A DNA stretch of 50,182 bases, taken from contig JAVEBF010000023.1 of the NCBI GenBank assembly GCA_051941275.1, forward strand, positions 1 to 50,182, written 5' to 3'. This stretch comes from Dirinaria sp. TL-2023a. Lineage: Eukaryota. Position 1 is the first letter of the stretch. Every line of letters starts with the position of its first letter. Below are positions 47,893 through 50,182 of this stretch, one piece after another. The position numbers and the translations under genes were made by a program. Under the pieces are notes generated by a model. The model searched no databases. It saw only the letters and a list, made by a program, of their open reading frames with translations, and was not told where the DNA came from.

Positions 47893-48348
47893 GACGCTGT
47901 GTATCCAAGAAAGAATTCTGTGAACGAGCTATGCATGGGTACTTCCAGGAAATTTCCAATACGTCCCTCGGCTGTGAAATCGACTCTACGTTTTCGTTTG
48001 TGGTAGAATTCTTAAAGGCATCTGATGGAGACAATTTTCAGGGTTGGAGTAGGGTAAGTTGATATGACGGCTGAGTACCTTAGCTCCTCAGGTACGGGAG
48101 GCCAGCTTCGAGGGAGCAAACTAATCGCAAGGCAGCCAAGGCTTTCATGGAAAGCTGAGCACGCCAATGCATTTTGATACCTTCGCGAGATGTTGGAAAT
48201 GCTACAGTCATAATCTAAAGGTCCAATGACCTGACGTTGCAAGCACTGGCGCCGCTACCACATCATCACCGGAAACGGTAGAGGCCACAAGGTACTCGTA
48301 CTGTCCGTCAACCCCATAGACCGTCTGAGTCGAAGACTCGGAGACGAA

Positions 48349-50174
48349 ATGCCCTTAAAGGACTTACTCAAGAAAAGAGACAAGATCACAGATGATGCAG
48401 GAAAGGGGGAGCCCTCGGACCCGGCACATTCGCCATCAGAATTTACCTTTATGCGCACCGATACCAATACACAAGAGCTGATCCAGCCTCCGTCATTTCC
48501 GGGCGAGGACGCTCTCCCGACTTCTAACAAGGAGCGTCACACCTCCAAACTCGTATCGCGCTTCCGGAGCTCCTCTAACGCATCTATCTCCTCCAAAACG
48601 AGCAATCAAGGGGAGAAACGATTGTCGCAAAGATTACATCTTCGATCAGCGTCGCGTGCGTCCAGTACCAGCTCAAACATCCCAGAGGACTTGCCTGCTA
48701 TTGAAGGAAATCTGGACGGAAGTGAAGAGAGGGAAGCAAAGTGGGAGGAAAGAGCTACGATCCTAGCGAAGGAAAGCCCGATCACAAACCATCCTACGGC
48801 TGCCGCACGGGACCAAACGGTGTTGGGCAGTCGTGGCAACAGTGAAGGTAGACCGCCATTGGCACGCAATCTTAGCGATGCAAAGGGTGATGTAAGATTC
48901 GGGCTTCCAGTCGATAAGTGGAGAGGCGCTGATACGAGGATAGGAGACGATCCAGGAAGCAATCCGACTCCATGAAGCTGGAAGTACGCAATTTCCTTTC
49001 TAACTTCTGGGACGGAAGACCGCATTCAGAGAAACAGAAAGGAGAAAAGAACGTAGCTGACAAATATCTTACGTCTGCCAGATCTTGAGGAATCAACAGC
49101 TATGTTTGGCCGTCTGGCGGAGAGCAACGCAATGGCACAAATACTCTACGGACTAGCACTCCGGTTTGCTCCCGGAAAACATCCCCTTATGCTCACATAG
49201 TCAAGCAGCTAATACCAATACTCTCGTGAACAGACACGGTTGGGGCACCAAAGCGAACCCTTCCTTGGCAATCACGTACCTTTCCCAAGCAGCGTCCAGT
49301 TCCGCAGCAGTGGAGTCGCAAGCTCTTCAATCGGGAATGAAAAAGGGCGGTGCTGCGAAAGGAGAGCTCGTACTCGCCATGTATGAGCTCGCGAATTCGT
49401 TCCGGCATGGGTGGGGCGTCGAGAAAGATCCCGTAGCTGCGCGGAGTTATTACGAAACGGCGGCCAATCTGGGCGACACGGATGCCATGAACGAGGTTGC
49501 ACGATGCTACGAGGAAGGGTTTGGTGGGAAAAAGGACAAGGTGCGTTTACGGTTGATGATCGAAATTCGTTGGATTGGGTCAAGCGATAGAGAAGACGGC
49601 AGGATCGAGCTGCGAGTAATGTGACTCGTATTTTCCTGACACCCCTGGCCCGGTATCTATCGAGCGACCCAGTCGAAAGGAAAGAAAGAGAGAAGTCCAT
49701 TCATCATCCCCATTCCGCAATCTCGCTGTTCCTCCATCACGTTGGGCAGCAACACTCCCACTTCGTTCCGAAATCCAGACTAATCATCGTGTTTCGTCTG
49801 CTCGCCAATAGTACTCAGCAGCCAAATACTACCGACTCGCCGAACAGCACGGCAACAAGACGTTGGGCAACTCATGGTACGTTTTTTCTCTCTCTCACGG
49901 GATTGATCCTATTCATCATTGCTGCTTGTTCGCTCCAACCCATTTTGCGCAAGCGTATGCCATTTTGTAGAGCCGGTAACCCTACAGTCTGGGCCGGCAG
50001 AGTGGCGTTTCATGCCCGGATAGCGGAAGCGGGACGATTGGACGAAAAGCTTCCCGGCTGTGAACGGTGTGCAGATAGCCTTCGCAACCATAGTTGGATG
50101 TGTGACGACTTTTGCTGACTTTGGTGATTCTGGATGCCAGGATCTGGAAGGACAAGTATACACCCAAGGCATAG
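48349..50174 (+). CDS. SEL1-repeat protein (Dsf2/Nif1-like, multi-exon)
   Basis: AQILYGLALR|HGWG, ELVLAMYELANSFRHGWGVEKDPVAARSYYETAANLGDTDAMNEVARCYEEGFGGKKDK|YSAAKYYRLAEQHGNKTLGNSW|IWKDKYTPKA*, with the stop at 50172-50174. Confidence 0.88.
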
Positions 50175-50182
50175 TGCATGAA

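Noticed and set aside
49621..50118. 165-aa ORF near the right end
   Set aside because: It lies over two introns and a short exon of the SEL1-repeat gene in a different frame.

Overview
Eukaryotic DNA from a filamentous ascomycete (Pezizomycotina). Genes have short GT-AG introns with CTRAC-like branch points. The secreted-protein content suggests a lichen-forming or other host-associated fungus, but that is inference. The window has three zones. (1) About 1.1-17.1 kb holds conserved housekeeping genes: beta-carbonic anhydrase, MTD1, MMS19, GRX4, a gamma-butyrobetaine/AIM17-like dioxygenase, TPC1, a conserved hypothetical gene and CDC55. (2) About 18.5-41.2 kb is a gene-sparse accessory interval. 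It contains an intron-split knottin-like (C-C-CC-C-C) secreted peptide that the ORF track only partly captures, a tyrosinase, a decayed NRPS, an orphan basic/coiled-coil gene behind a dense ACAATAG motif array, and five further secreted or effector-like genes: FOLD-like, tandem KP4/Ecp2-like, lysozyme/GH19-like, cupin-like and Bys1-like. (3) About 41.5-50.2 kb returns to housekeeping genes: HECT_2/IPA1, a questin-oxidase-family gene, ATP4, NOC4 and a SEL1-repeat protein. Gene models were spliced by hand. Family assignments come from recalled motifs, not database searches. No rRNA, tRNA, CRISPR array or intact transposon was recognised.
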